DNA of 64,000 bases from an uncultured Candidatus Saccharibacteria bacterium (GCA_964601305.1 CAZRMW010000001.1:135450-199449); one strand, 5' to 3'; counted from the stretch's first letter, positions 19,026-30,260 are shown. The notes: generated by a model not told the origin, from the letters alone. A program made the numbers and translations.

Positions 19026-19253
19026 TTAATTAAGCATTAAAGCTAAAACATAATTGCAAAATTCATCTTTTACCAGAGTAGCTTTAGATTTTTTTAGATT
19101 TTTTATTTTCACTGAAAAATAGTTCCCTTTTCTGCTAAAAACAAAATCTGCAAAACCACTAAAGTCTTTTATGGCCAATTTTATTGCTCCTAATTTATAT
19201 AACTTATTATGAAATTTTATTGTTTCCATATTTTTCTTCCCATGGCACGGCAA
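19026..19253 (-). CDS. Small hypothetical protein (75 aa)
   Basis: ORF within the operon. No motif. Confidence 0.3.
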   Translation of the reverse strand: MPCHGKKNMETIKFHNKLYKLGAIKLAIKDFSGFADFVFSRKGNYFSVKIKNLKKSKATLVKDEFCNYVLALMLN

Positions 19254-19629
19254 TGCCTAATGGATCATCCTCAGAGTTAAACGAATCATCAAAATCTTCT
19301 TCGCTTTCTCCCACAGCCGAAAACAAAGCTTGTCCCACTATAAACTCTCTTATTTTCTTATTGTTTTTAGAAAGTCTCGCTCTAGTTTCGCAACTTAATA
19401 ACTCGTTTAAAAATTCATCTTTCAAATTTTCTAATTGTTTTTTGGTAGAATTTTTTTTAGATTTTAAAGATACCAAAATTTTTTTTGGACTTTTGTTGTC
19501 AAAAAATATATAGGCTTTATCTAAAAACGCATAAGCTGCACCATAAAGAGCATCTACAGAATAATTTTGTAGATTAAAAACAAATTCTATCTTATCTTTT
19601 TCGATTTTTTCGCTATATTTTTTACTCAT
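19207..19629 (-). CDS. Hypothetical acidic-C-terminus protein; possible HxsD-like accessory protein (weak FLNELLSCE resemblance to the LLNDYxLRE motif)
   Basis: 140 aa ORF, first gene of the block. Confidence 0.35.
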   Translation of the reverse strand: MSKKYSEKIEKDKIEFVFNLQNYSVDALYGAAYAFLDKAYIFFDNKSPKKILVSLKSKKNSTKKQLENLKDEFLNELLSCETRARLSKNNKKIREFIVGQALFSAVGESEEDFDDSFNSEDDPLGIAVPWEEKYGNNKIS

Positions 19630-19751
19630 TGTTAATTAAATAGCTATCTTCAAAGCATGTCTCATTAGCCTTAGTTTTTGCCAAATAAAAACCAGCATAA
19701 AAAGATAGTGCTAAAAAAACAAAAACAAAGAGATATCTAAAAAAAATCTTC
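19622..19751 (-). CDS. Possible small membrane peptide (42 aa, MKIFFRYLFVFVFLALSFYAGFYLAK...) upstream of the cluster
   Basis: Short ORF below the track cutoff. Hydrophobic. Confidence 0.2.
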
Positions 19752-19778
19752 ATACAACCTTAGAATAACAAAAACAAA

Positions 19779-22415
19779 CTATGAGCACAAACCCCACCCA
19801 CAAGCTGGGCAAGACAAACAACCTTCTTTGAAAGAAACCTCTACTTCACAATTTGGACAGTGAGTAACTTTTTTACCAAAGTCTTTTACCTCTTCCTCCC
19901 CACCAGCTTCTCCATTTACATATGGCGCCGAAGGGTCTCTATAAACTGCTAGCCCTTCTGCTTTTTCATCTTTAATCCTTTTTAGCGATTCAAGATCAAC
20001 CTCCTCTTTCTTTTTCTTTTCTCTTTTTTTGTTTGTAGAAGAAAGAACCTGGTCTTTTATAGAGCCATCTCTGTACACTGTTGTACCCTTACATCCAAGT
20101 TCATAAGCCAACATATAAACTTTTTTCATATCGGCTATCGTTGCATCTTTTGGAAAATTAATAGTTTTTGAAATAGAAGAATCTACCCATTTCTGAAAAG
20201 ATGCCAAACTTCTAACATGATCTTCTGGTTTAATATCGTGGCTTACTACAAAAACTTTTTTTAAAGCTGGCGGAATGTAGTTTATTTTCTGAGAAGAGCC
20301 TCCATGATTTAAAACATCCGTAACCAAGCTGTCATCAAATAACTCTTCTGCGAGCATAGCTCTCTCAAAAACAGAGTCTATATAATAAAACTTTCCGACA
20401 GCCACATTTTTTTGAAACACCAAAGAATACACAGGCTCTATTCCTGAAGAACATCCTGCAATCATAGAAATAGAGCCAGTCGGAGCAATTACTGTGGTAT
20501 AGCTATTTCTAATGCCATTTTTTTTGATATCTTTTGCAAGTTTTTTCCAGTCGAGGTTCCAACTACTCTTGTTATAAAAACCAGCAAAAGGCATTTTGCC
20601 CTCTGCATAAGAACTATTCTTAAATAAGGGGAAAACTCCCCGACTTTTCGCCATATTCATAGATTCTGCCTTAGAATAATAGTTTATAAATTCTGCAATT
20701 TTTTCCATTAAATCTCTACCTTTTTTAGAATTGTAAGGAATTCTAAGCTCAAAAAGCAAATCACCAAGCCCCATTATTCCGAGACCGATTTTTCTTGTTT
20801 TTAAAGTCATTTCCTCTATCTCGGCCATAGGAAAAGCATTTATATCTATAATATTGTCTAAAAATCGCACTGCAGAACGCACAGCTTCTTCCAGTTTATC
20901 CCAGTCTATAGATTTCTTTTTTCGATTGTTTATTTTTACAAAACGCCATAAGTTTATTGAACCTAAGTTGCAAGATTCGTCTGGGTAAAGAAGTAATTCG
21001 CCGCATGGATTTGTGGTAACAATATCGCCCAACTCTTTTGCAAGAGGGTTGTGTTCGTTTATTCTGTCATGAAAAAGCACGCCAGGCTCTGCAGACTCCC
21101 ATGCCTGATAAACAATACTTTCAAACAATATTTTTGAAGAAATTGTTCCCAAAATTTTTCCGTCTCTAGGGTTTTTTAGTGGGTAAGGCTTTCCTTTTTT
21201 GTAGTAATCCCAAAAATCTCCCATCATTAGTACAGAAATATTAAAATTCTTTAACGCTTTGTTGCCATCTTTTGCTACAACAAATTTTTCAATATCTGGA
21301 TGATTGCTATTCATAATACCCATATTAGCGCCTCTGCGTATTCCCCCTTGCTTTACAACTTCTGTCATAGTATCGAAAAGCTTCATAAAACTAAGCGGAC
21401 CAGAAGATGTACCTCCAGTTTTTTTAATAAAATCTCCCTCCGGACGAAGTTTTGAAAAATTATATCCCAACCCACCGCCAGATTTAAAAATAAGAGCTGC
21501 TTTTCTTAAAGTATCCATTATAGAATCCATTGAATCGTCAATATCTAAAGCAAAACAAGCAGAGCCCATACCCAAGTAGCTACCAAAATTTGCTAGAGTT
21601 GGTGTATTTGGCATAAAACTTCTAGAAACCATTAGGTTATAAAAATTATCTATTTCTTTTTGGTGCTCATCAAACTTTCCCTTCTTTAACATAGAGACAA
21701 GTTTATCCCATTTTATTTTTATTTTCCCATTAGACTCAAGCCTTTTAAAAGTATGGTGCAAAGCTTTTATATGAAATCTATTTAAAGTGTACTCTCCTAT
21801 TTTGATCTTTCCCTCTAACACGATGGCCTTTTTGTTGCTCAAGGTAAGTTTTTCTTCGCTTGGAACAGTATCTTTTTTAACTTTCTTATAACTAACTCTT
21901 TTGTCGTACAAAATATCTGGTAAAGCAGTATGTATTGCTACTCTTAAAAAAAGTTCTCTAGGTGTTTCTTCTATCTTTCCTTCGTCGTTTTTGTTTAAAT
22001 ACCTACTTTTTAAAACCTTAAGCGCGTTTGAATCAAAAGCTTTGTCTACATCATCTATTTCCTTCTTGTTTAAAATTTCTTGTTTTTCTTTTCTAATCTC
22101 AGATCTTTTTTGCCTGTACAATATATAAGTCTTTGCAACCTTAGCAAATCCTTTATCCACCAAAGACTGTTCTACCATATCTTGAACTTCTTCAATGGTT
22201 GGCACAGCCTTTGAAAAATTTTTCTTATGCTTGGCAAAAATTTTTTCAAGCACCGATACTGTAACTTCTTCCGCAAGTTTTTTTTCAGGCTTTCCGCACA
22301 CCTCAAGTGCCTTAAAAACCGCCTCTGTAATGCGGTTTTTGTCAAAATCTTCTATTCTCCCACCTCTTTTTTTAATCTTTTTGGGAGTCTTTAATTGGGA
22401 ATTTTTTCCTCTCAT
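19779..22415 (-). CDS. nrdJ: Adenosylcobalamin-dependent ribonucleotide reductase (class II) with N-terminal ATP-cone and C-terminal zinc ribbon
   Basis: ATP-cone RGGRIEDFDKNRITEAV, active-site TNPCGE, C-terminal CPNCEVEV...CLSCPACG. Confidence 0.85.
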   Translation of the reverse strand: MRGKNSQLKTPKKIKKRGGRIEDFDKNRITEAVFKALEVCGKPEKKLAEEVTVSVLEKIFAKHKKNFSKAVPTIEEVQDMVEQSLVDKGFAKVAKTYILYRQKRSEIRKEKQEILNKKEIDDVDKAFDSNALKVLKSRYLNKNDEGKIEETPRELFLRVAIHTALPDILYDKRVSYKKVKKDTVPSEEKLTLSNKKAIVLEGKIKIGEYTLNRFHIKALHHTFKRLESNGKIKIKWDKLVSMLKKGKFDEHQKEIDNFYNLMVSRSFMPNTPTLANFGSYLGMGSACFALDIDDSMDSIMDTLRKAALIFKSGGGLGYNFSKLRPEGDFIKKTGGTSSGPLSFMKLFDTMTEVVKQGGIRRGANMGIMNSNHPDIEKFVVAKDGNKALKNFNISVLMMGDFWDYYKKGKPYPLKNPRDGKILGTISSKILFESIVYQAWESAEPGVLFHDRINEHNPLAKELGDIVTTNPCGELLLYPDESCNLGSINLWRFVKINNRKKKSIDWDKLEEAVRSAVRFLDNIIDINAFPMAEIEEMTLKTRKIGLGIMGLGDLLFELRIPYNSKKGRDLMEKIAEFINYYSKAESMNMAKSRGVFPLFKNSSYAEGKMPFAGFYNKSSWNLDWKKLAKDIKKNGIRNSYTTVIAPTGSISMIAGCSSGIEPVYSLVFQKNVAVGKFYYIDSVFERAMLAEELFDDSLVTDVLNHGGSSQKINYIPPALKKVFVVSHDIKPEDHVRSLASFQKWVDSSISKTINFPKDATIADMKKVYMLAYELGCKGTTVYRDGSIKDQVLSSTNKKREKKKKEEVDLESLKRIKDEKAEGLAVYRDPSAPYVNGEAGGEEEVKDFGKKVTHCPNCEVEVSFKEGCLSCPACGWGLCS

Positions 22416-22453
22416 TCTTCTATTGTACCTCTAAAATTTCCAAACACCAAAAC

Positions 22454-22484
22454 TGTGGATAACCCAGTCATCCGACCGGATAAA
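22454..22484 (-). promoter_or_regulatory. Two DnaA-box-like motifs (TTATCCACA perfect; TTATCCGG) abutting a putative TTGGTG-N17-TACAAT promoter of nrdJ
   Basis: The plus strand shows TGTGGATAA (22454-22462) and CCGGATAAA (22476-22484). The -10 TACAAT ends 7 nt before the ATG, which suggests a leaderless mRNA. Confidence 0.45.
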
Positions 22485-22493
22485 CAATATTTT

Positions 22494-22526
22494 TTGCACC
22501 AAAAAAACCGCCTTCGCAGGCGGTTT
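22494..22526 (-). terminator. Rho-independent terminator of the HTH gene
   Basis: AAACCGCC-TTCGCA-GGCGGTTT hairpin followed by a U7 tract on the minus strand. Confidence 0.75.
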
Positions 22527-22550
22527 CTATATCGCAAATTTTAAGAGAAA

Positions 22551-22847
22551 TTATTTCTTACTTAAGCACCCTCCATCACAGGCGCATTTATGTTCAGGTT
22601 TGTCTGCCACGAAGTTTATCAGTTTTTTCAAAATATTTGATCTCATCATCATTGCTGGATAGGTTTCCTTTTCGATCCACCTTTCTACACTATCTGTGGG
22701 TACCCCAATCTCCCGAGCCACAGTCTCTGTGTCCAAATCGTAAAGATAAATAAGTGTTTTAAAAAAATCACAAAAATAATCATCTCCTAACTTTTTTGCA
22801 TCCTTAATTTCTTCCGGCAAAATAGCCCCCCATTCCTTTTTTCCCAT
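22551..22847 (-). CDS. Small HTH DNA-binding protein with C-terminal Cys cluster
   Basis: TETVAREIGVPTDSVERWI helix-turn-helix. HKCACDGGC tail. Strong RBS GGGAGGAG. Confidence 0.5.
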   Translation of the reverse strand: MGKKEWGAILPEEIKDAKKLGDDYFCDFFKTLIYLYDLDTETVAREIGVPTDSVERWIEKETYPAMMMRSNILKKLINFVADKPEHKCACDGGCLSKK

Positions 22848-23063
22848 TTCTCCTCCCTTGCCCGCCTGCTTGTGTAATTTGCGGCGAGTCCTTTTTTGTT
22901 AAAAACCAGTCTTTTGCCTCAATTTTGTCTACCAAAAAGATATCACCTCAACTTGGCACTGTCAAATAAAAACCTAATACATCCTTGGCGATAGCGTGAT
23001 ATATATTAGGTTTTGATTTTGAAGGTATTGAGATAGCAACTAAGTTAATATACTCTAATTAAT

Positions 23064-24335
23064 ATGAAAACAAAGAAAAAAACTATCCCAAAACAAGATA
23101 AACCCGAACTTCTTGCGCCTGTGCAAGACTACATTTCCTTAAAAACAGCTGTAGACAGTGGTGCAGACGCTGTGTATTTTGGCATCCGCGGGTTTAATAT
23201 GCGCGCTGGCGCCAAAAATTTCACCACACTAGATTTGCCTAAAATTTCTAAAATTGCGCACAGTAAAGGTGTTCGTGTTTTTTTAGCGATAAATACAATA
23301 ATTTATGAAGAAGAACTAAAAAATGTAGAAAAAATCTTAGAAAAAGCCAAGAAAGCAAAGATAGATGCCATTATTTGTTGGGATATGGCTGTAATGAAAA
23401 TAGCAAAAAAATTAGACTTTGAAATTCACTTAAGCACGCAGGCTAGTGTAGCCAATTCCGAGGCAGCAGAATTTTACCGCAAAGCTGGAGCAAATAGAAT
23501 TATTTTGGCGCGCGAATGTAGCCTTGAGCAAATTAAAAAAATAAAGAAAGCTTGTCCAAAAATAGAGATAGAAATATTTATTCACGGAGCTATGTGTGTG
23601 TCTGTTTCTGGCCGGTGTTTTATCTCTCAATTTTTACATAATAAATCTGCAAATCGCGGAGAGTGTCTCCAACCTTGCAGACGAAAATATTTAATTAAAC
23701 AAGTTAGCAATGGAGATGGAAAAAATACAGAGCTAGAAATAGCAGAAAGCTATGTGCTAAGCCCAAAAGATTTGTGTACAATAGATTTTTTTGAAAAATT
23801 AATGGATGTTGGCGTAGATTGCTTCAAAATAGAGGGTAGAAACAGAAGTCCAGAATATGTCGCCACCACCACAAAAGCATACAGAACTCTCATAGATTTT
23901 CTATCTGTTGGAAGTCGGACCTCCAACCGAAGCAAAGATGGACTAAATAAACTAAAAACGAAACTCAAAAACGATGTTAAAAAAGTATACAATCGTAAGT
24001 TTGGAAGTGGGTTTTTTCTAGGTAAACCAATCAGTGAGTGGACAAACTCCTACGGAAGCCAAGCTACAGAGAAAAAAATTCATATTGGTATTGTGTCTCA
24101 CTATTACAAAAAAATCGGGGTAGCAGAAATTTTAATTCAAGCAAATAAAAGTATAAAAATTGGTGACACCTTAATTTTTCAAGGCCCAACGACAGGAAGC
24201 CACAAACAAAAAATAGAATCTATGGAAATAGACCACAAGCCAATTAAAAAAGCCCTTCAGGGAGACAAAGTTGCAATAAAATTAAGAAAAATTGTTCACA
24301 AAAACGACCAGGTGTATATAATAAAGAAGGTTTAG
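23064..24335 (+). CDS. Peptidase U32 family protein
   Basis: EIFIHGAMCVSVSGRC U32 signature. About 420 aa. Confidence 0.8.
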   Translation: MKTKKKTIPKQDKPELLAPVQDYISLKTAVDSGADAVYFGIRGFNMRAGAKNFTTLDLPKISKIAHSKGVRVFLAINTIIYEEELKNVEKILEKAKKAKIDAIICWDMAVMKIAKKLDFEIHLSTQASVANSEAAEFYRKAGANRIILARECSLEQIKKIKKACPKIEIEIFIHGAMCVSVSGRCFISQFLHNKSANRGECLQPCRRKYLIKQVSNGDGKNTELEIAESYVLSPKDLCTIDFFEKLMDVGVDCFKIEGRNRSPEYVATTTKAYRTLIDFLSVGSRTSNRSKDGLNKLKTKLKNDVKKVYNRKFGSGFFLGKPISEWTNSYGSQATEKKIHIGIVSHYYKKIGVAEILIQANKSIKIGDTLIFQGPTTGSHKQKIESMEIDHKPIKKALQGDKVAIKLRKIVHKNDQVYIIKKV

Positions 24336-24346
24336 ATAATTTACAT

Positions 24347-24437
24347 GGTGAGGTGTCCGAGTGGTTTAAGGAGCACGCTTGGAAAGCGTGTGTGCGTTCA
24401 TTGCGTACCGCGGGTTCGAATCCCGCCCTCACCGCCA
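24347..24437 (+). tRNA. tRNA-Ser (anticodon GGA), long variable arm, CCA encoded
   Basis: GGTGAGG acceptor stem, anticodon loop CTTGGAAAG, TTCGAATCC T-loop, terminal ...CCTCACCGCCA. Confidence 0.85.
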
Positions 24438-24517
24438 ATCAAAAGGTTCCCTGCCCGCAGTCGCTAAAGCGACAGTTTTTGCAGGCGGGAAATCCTGTCT
24501 CCTCCGCATTGTAAAAA

Positions 24518-24871
24518 TTAGGCGGCTTTTTTAGTAGCAGTATCTCCTTCTTGAATTTTTAGAGACAAAAATTCATAAAACATAAAACGCGGGTCTTCTT
24601 CCAACTCTCCCTCCTCTTCGTCAAAACTTCCTATTATCTCTAGCCTATATTTACTTAAAATACCCACCATTTCACCAAAAGACAGGTCTCCTTCATCAAA
24701 CTCTTTATATTTTTTAAAAACAACAAGATCATCATCTCCAAACTCCTCTATATCTACATCATCAGCTACCTCTTCAGACAAAAACTCTTGCAACTCGTCT
24801 CTTAAAAGCACTGCTTCATTATCTTCTAAAATTTCCTCTTCGTTATCAATTGGTACACCTTCAAAAGTCAT
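24518..24871 (-). CDS. Highly acidic hypothetical protein
   Basis: 117 aa, rich in Asp/Glu. Confidence 0.4.
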   Translation of the reverse strand: MTFEGVPIDNEEEILEDNEAVLLRDELQEFLSEEVADDVDIEEFGDDDLVVFKKYKEFDEGDLSFGEMVGILSKYRLEIIGSFDEEEGELEEDPRFMFYEFLSLKIQEGDTATKKAA

Positions 24872-24898
24872 AAAAATTTATTAATAATTTTAATAAAT

Positions 24899-25813
24899 TT
24901 ATTTTAATTTAATTCCCCTTAGTTTTGCAACCCTGTTTTCCACAGGTGGATGAGTAGCAAACAGTCCTGCGATATTTCTTCGAGCTTGCCCGCTGAAGCC
25001 TAGGCGAAGGCGGGGATCAGATACCCACAAATGATTCGTAGCTTTATTGGCCACCTTCAGCGGTGTTGTATCTTTACTAATTTTAATTAGCGCTTGTGCC
25101 AGCCCCTCTGGATATCTAGTTAAAAATGCTCCTGAAGTGTCTGCTAAATATTCTCTTTTTCTAGATATTGCTAATTGAATAAGTGTGGTAGCTATTGGTG
25201 CCAAAATCGCCAAAGCAATCCCAACAACAAGTAAAATTGCCCCCACCCTACCACCGTCGTCTCTATCCCTAAAACTCCCCCAAAAAAGAGACCTCATAAA
25301 AAAATCAGAGAGGAGTGCCACAAACCCCACAAGCACAACCACAACAGTAGAAATAAGCATATCTCTGTTGCCCACATGCGCAAGTTCATGCGCGAGCACT
25401 CCCTCAAGCTCTGTTCTGTTTAGTTTATTCAACAAGCCTGTAGTTACAGCCACCACCGCATGCTCTGGATCTCTTCCGGTAGCAAAAGCATTTGGAGCTT
25501 GCTCGTCTACCAAATAAAGTTTTGGCATTGGAAGCCCCGCGGTAATACTTAAATTTTCTAAAATATTATAAAGCTCTCTGTGAGTTTCTCTTTTTATTTC
25601 TTTAGCTTTGCTAATTTTTAATACAATTTTGTCGCTATACCAATAGCTAAAAAAACTCATAAAAAAACTAAGGCCCACGGCAAAAACCAAAATCACAGAA
25701 TTGCCATAAATTTGAGAAAACACCCAACCAATACCAATTACAACCACAAAAAACAATGTAAACAACATCCACGTCCTTCGTATATTAGATTCCTTTTGAG
25801 TATATAAATTCAT
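24899..25813 (-). CDS. htpX: Zinc metalloprotease HtpX (M48)
   Basis: HELAHVGNRD (HExxH), TM segments, ~300 aa, adjacent to a LemA-like gene. Confidence 0.85.
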   Translation of the reverse strand: MNLYTQKESNIRRTWMLFTLFFVVVIGIGWVFSQIYGNSVILVFAVGLSFFMSFFSYWYSDKIVLKISKAKEIKRETHRELYNILENLSITAGLPMPKLYLVDEQAPNAFATGRDPEHAVVAVTTGLLNKLNRTELEGVLAHELAHVGNRDMLISTVVVVLVGFVALLSDFFMRSLFWGSFRDRDDGGRVGAILLVVGIALAILAPIATTLIQLAISRKREYLADTSGAFLTRYPEGLAQALIKISKDTTPLKVANKATNHLWVSDPRLRLGFSGQARRNIAGLFATHPPVENRVAKLRGIKLK

Positions 25814-25815
25814 TT

Positions 25816-26376
25816 TTAGAAACTAACTTTTACTGGTTCTTTTTCAGTGTCGTTTATGGTTTCAAAAAATTTCATTTTTGAAAATCCAAACACACCAGCA
25901 ACAAGTATTGTTGGAAAAGTTTCTACTTTTATGTTTAAGTCGCGAATATTTGTATTGTAAAACCTTCGTGATGCTTGAATTTTATTTTCTGTATCTGCAA
26001 GCTCACGTTGAAGGTCTAAAAAATTTGCATTTGCTTTTAAGTCTGGATAATTTTCAGAAACCGCAAACAAAGTTTTTAGAGTTTGTGAAAGCATATTTTC
26101 TTTTTCTGCCTTCTCTACTGCGTCGCCCGATGCATTCATAACTTCTGTTCGAGCCTTGGTAACACTATCTAGTGTCTCTTTCTCGTGGCTAGCATAACCT
26201 TTTACAGTTTCAATAAGGTTTGGAATAAGATCGTACCTTCTTTTTGTTTGCACATCTATATCACTGAGAGCTTCTTTTGTTCTTGTTCTTAAAACAACCA
26301 ATCTGTTAAAAGTAAAAATAAGCCACAAGGCAACAACCCCTAAAACTGATAAAACTATAATTAAAGTAGTACTCAT
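25816..26376 (-). CDS. lemA: LemA family protein
   Basis: N-terminal TM segment, RRYDLIPNL motif, ~186 aa. Confidence 0.8.
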   Translation of the reverse strand: MSTTLIIVLSVLGVVALWLIFTFNRLVVLRTRTKEALSDIDVQTKRRYDLIPNLIETVKGYASHEKETLDSVTKARTEVMNASGDAVEKAEKENMLSQTLKTLFAVSENYPDLKANANFLDLQRELADTENKIQASRRFYNTNIRDLNIKVETFPTILVAGVFGFSKMKFFETINDTEKEPVKVSF

Positions 26377-26421
26377 AGAAAATTGTGTCCCACCTGAGGC
26401 GGATAAGTTAATTATTAATAA

Positions 26422-26781
26422 TTAAGCTGTTTGAGCTTGTAAAGATCTTAATTGCTTTTCAAAGCTATCTTGTCTTTCGCTTATTTTTTCTATTTGTTTA
26501 TTTAAAGCAATAATATCTTCGTTTTCTGTTTTTGTGATTCTATCAACTTTTTCTTTTAACATTTCTATATCTCGTTCGATAGAGGTTAGCCTATCTGATA
26601 TAGAATCTAATCTCAAAAAAATTGGTTCTAGCTTTTCGTCCAACTTTTGGCCTAGCTTTTCATCTAAACTAATCTCAACAACTTCTTTTATTAACTTTAA
26701 GTCTTCTTTTTCTAACATGTGTTTATTATAATCAAAAGCACAAAATTGTACAACAAACATATATATCAAAACAAAATTCAT
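26422..26781 (-). CDS. Coiled-coil hypothetical protein
   Basis: Heptad-like Lys/Glu/Leu-rich sequence. Confidence 0.35.
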   Translation of the reverse strand: MNFVLIYMFVVQFCAFDYNKHMLEKEDLKLIKEVVEISLDEKLGQKLDEKLEPIFLRLDSISDRLTSIERDIEMLKEKVDRITKTENEDIIALNKQIEKISERQDSFEKQLRSLQAQTA

Positions 26782-26830
26782 GACACCAAAACAGAAAAGC
26801 CCATAAAGGGCTTTTTTAGTCTATTTATCT

Positions 26831-27277
26831 TTATCTTTTCAAGGCTCCTGATCTGATATGACCAGAATAAAGTCTTCCTTTGGGAACTAAATAATTTCCA
26901 GGAATGTGTTTTTTTATAGTACCTAAATATTCCTCTGTGCTAACTTCTTTCCATTTCCCATCTTTTATTATAAATAACTGACCAAATTTAGTTTTTCCAT
27001 TCATTAATTGACCATCGTCAAAAATTACATATTGAACGATCTGCACATCAATTCCAACAAACTCAATGCGGACAGCATATTCCTTTCTCTTGATTATTCT
27101 ATCCTCGCTTATATAAATAATAGCCTTGATTTTTGGTGGATCAGACAAAGCGTCCTCGCGCTCAACCACATTTTCAAATTTCGAAAAATCTATCGCCTCA
27201 ACCTCGGCGCCACACTCACAAGCAACAAAAAACAAACAGAAAAAAACTAAACCAAAAAACAATGTGTGTTTTCTCAC
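26831..27277 (-). CDS. Secreted hypothetical protein (signal peptide, GTG start)
   Basis: AAGGAG RBS, then GTG. Hydrophobic N-terminus. Confidence 0.45.
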   Translation of the reverse strand: MRKHTLFFGLVFFCLFFVACECGAEVEAIDFSKFENVVEREDALSDPPKIKAIIYISEDRIIKRKEYAVRIEFVGIDVQIVQYVIFDDGQLMNGKTKFGQLFIIKDGKWKEVSTEEYLGTIKKHIPGNYLVPKGRLYSGHIRSGALKR

Positions 27278-27289
27278 TTTAATTCTCCT

Positions 27290-27310
27290 TCTTGCCCCGC
27301 TCGGCGGGGT
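27290..27310. repeat. GC-rich hairpin CTTGCCCCGCTCGGCGGGG (plus adjacent TTTGTTAAGGTTCA) between groEL and the next gene
   Basis: Reverse complement identical to 40571..40590. Confidence 0.6.
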
Positions 27311-27333
27311 TTGTTAAGGTTCAAGCCTAATTT

Positions 27334-29233
<1,900 letters not shown>

Positions 29234-29548
29234 TTATTCAATTACTGCTAATATGTTACTTTCACTTATTATAAAATATTCTTTGTCGTCGACTTTTATT
29301 TTTTCAGAACTATACTCTGAAAAAACCACGAGCTGATCTTTTTTGATGTTCATTGGAATTTTTTTACCATCTTCAGAGATTCTCCCCGGACCTACAGCTA
29401 CCACATGGCCTCTGTCTACTTTCTTCTCGCCCCTCACCGTGTCTGGAATGATTATTCCAGTTTTTGTTTTTTTAGTTCTTTCCTCTTCTGAAAGCGGTTC
29501 TATTAAAACTCTATCTGCAAGAGGTGTGATTTTTGTTTGTTTTGGCAT
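29234..29548 (-). CDS. groS: Co-chaperonin GroES (start re-placed at MPKQTKITPLADRVLIEP)
   Basis: GroES family sequence. A start at 29611 would run through an upstream terminator hairpin. Confidence 0.85.
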   Translation of the reverse strand: MPKQTKITPLADRVLIEPLSEEERTKKTKTGIIIPDTVRGEKKVDRGHVVAVGPGRISEDGKKIPMNIKKDQLVVFSEYSSEKIKVDDKEYFIISESNILAVIE

Positions 29549-29584
29549 AATATTTTTATTAAAAAGTGTTATTTTATAAAGGTA

Positions 29585-29645
29585 TTCTAACAAAAAACCC
29601 CCGTGTGTCAACCCCGCCTAACGGGGTGAAGAACACGGGGGTTTT
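29585..29645 (-). terminator. Compound hairpin plus U-tract; terminator of 29653..30159, lying in the groES upstream region
   Basis: AAAACCCCCGTGT...(inner CCCCG-CCTAA-CGGGG)...ACACGGGGGTTTT, then UUUUUUGUU on the minus strand. Confidence 0.75.
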
Positions 29646-29652
29646 GTATTAT

Positions 29653-30159
29653 TTAAAATTCTGGAAAAATCACAATATCTTTATTTAATGAATTCCCAAG
29701 CCTAGCTTCAATATAATTTTTAAGAAGATTCATTTCACTAAGAGTATTCTTGTTCATTGTCTTTCGACAACATTTAGTTAAAATTGTTACAAAAATCCAT
29801 TCAATTTCTTCTTTTTTGATATCTTTTCTTAATAAATAAGCTGGTATTAAAGGGTATTTTTTAATATGCTTAACAAGTTCTGTCATTCTTGATTTTTCTT
29901 GAAGATGAACAACCCCTCTCCCATTCGTTTGTGGAAAAAATTCAAGAAAAAGATCTATGCCGGTTTTATCCTTTTCTCCGTGCATTTTTGAAAAAAAATA
30001 AGACATTAACCATCTTTTCTCAATAAATTCATCAAGAGTAGTGTTTCTTAAGCTTCTTACAGCAAGAGTTTCTTCAGAAGGTTTTTGTATCTTTTTACTA
30101 GACCTCTTTTTCTTTCTAGGAACGACCTTATGATACGCCCGCCTTAGTGATTCGGACAA
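29653..30159 (-). CDS. Hypothetical basic protein (TTG start after AGAGGAGG SD)
   Basis: 168 aa ORF. Confidence 0.45.
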   Translation of the reverse strand: MSESLRRAYHKVVPRKKKRSSKKIQKPSEETLAVRSLRNTTLDEFIEKRWLMSYFFSKMHGEKDKTGIDLFLEFFPQTNGRGVVHLQEKSRMTELVKHIKKYPLIPAYLLRKDIKKEEIEWIFVTILTKCCRKTMNKNTLSEMNLLKNYIEARLGNSLNKDIVIFPEF

Positions 30160-30197
30160 AATTGCCTCCTCTTGTTTTGATTGTCAACTTGTCCCGC

Positions 30198-30222
30198 TCG
30201 GCGGGATTTATAGATTTATATT
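30198..30222. repeat. GC-hairpin family member with compensatory stem change (TCCCGC-TCG-GCGGGA)
   Basis: C to T and G to A changes preserve base pairing. Confidence 0.55.
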
Positions 30223-30260
30223 TAAAGTACAATTATTTCTACAATAAATCAAGGACAGCA

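Noticed and set aside
22848-23063. Promoters in the divergent HTH/U32 intergenic region (TTGGCA... and TTGACA-N17-TATCTT)
   Set aside because: The -10 elements are weak or the spacing is off. Not reported as features.
24244-24438. 64-aa minus-strand ORF
   Set aside because: It completely overlaps a well-formed tRNA-Ser(GGA) and is spurious.
24438-24517. Hairpin/terminator between tRNA-Ser and the acidic protein gene
   Set aside because: The stems are imperfect (bulged CCCGC/GCGGG with an inner GTCGC hairpin) and no clean U-tract follows on the relevant strand.
29549-29652. CIRCE/HrcA operator upstream of groES
   Set aside because: No TTAGCACTC-N9-GAGTGCTAA-like inverted repeat is present. 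The hairpin there is a GC-rich nested terminator instead.
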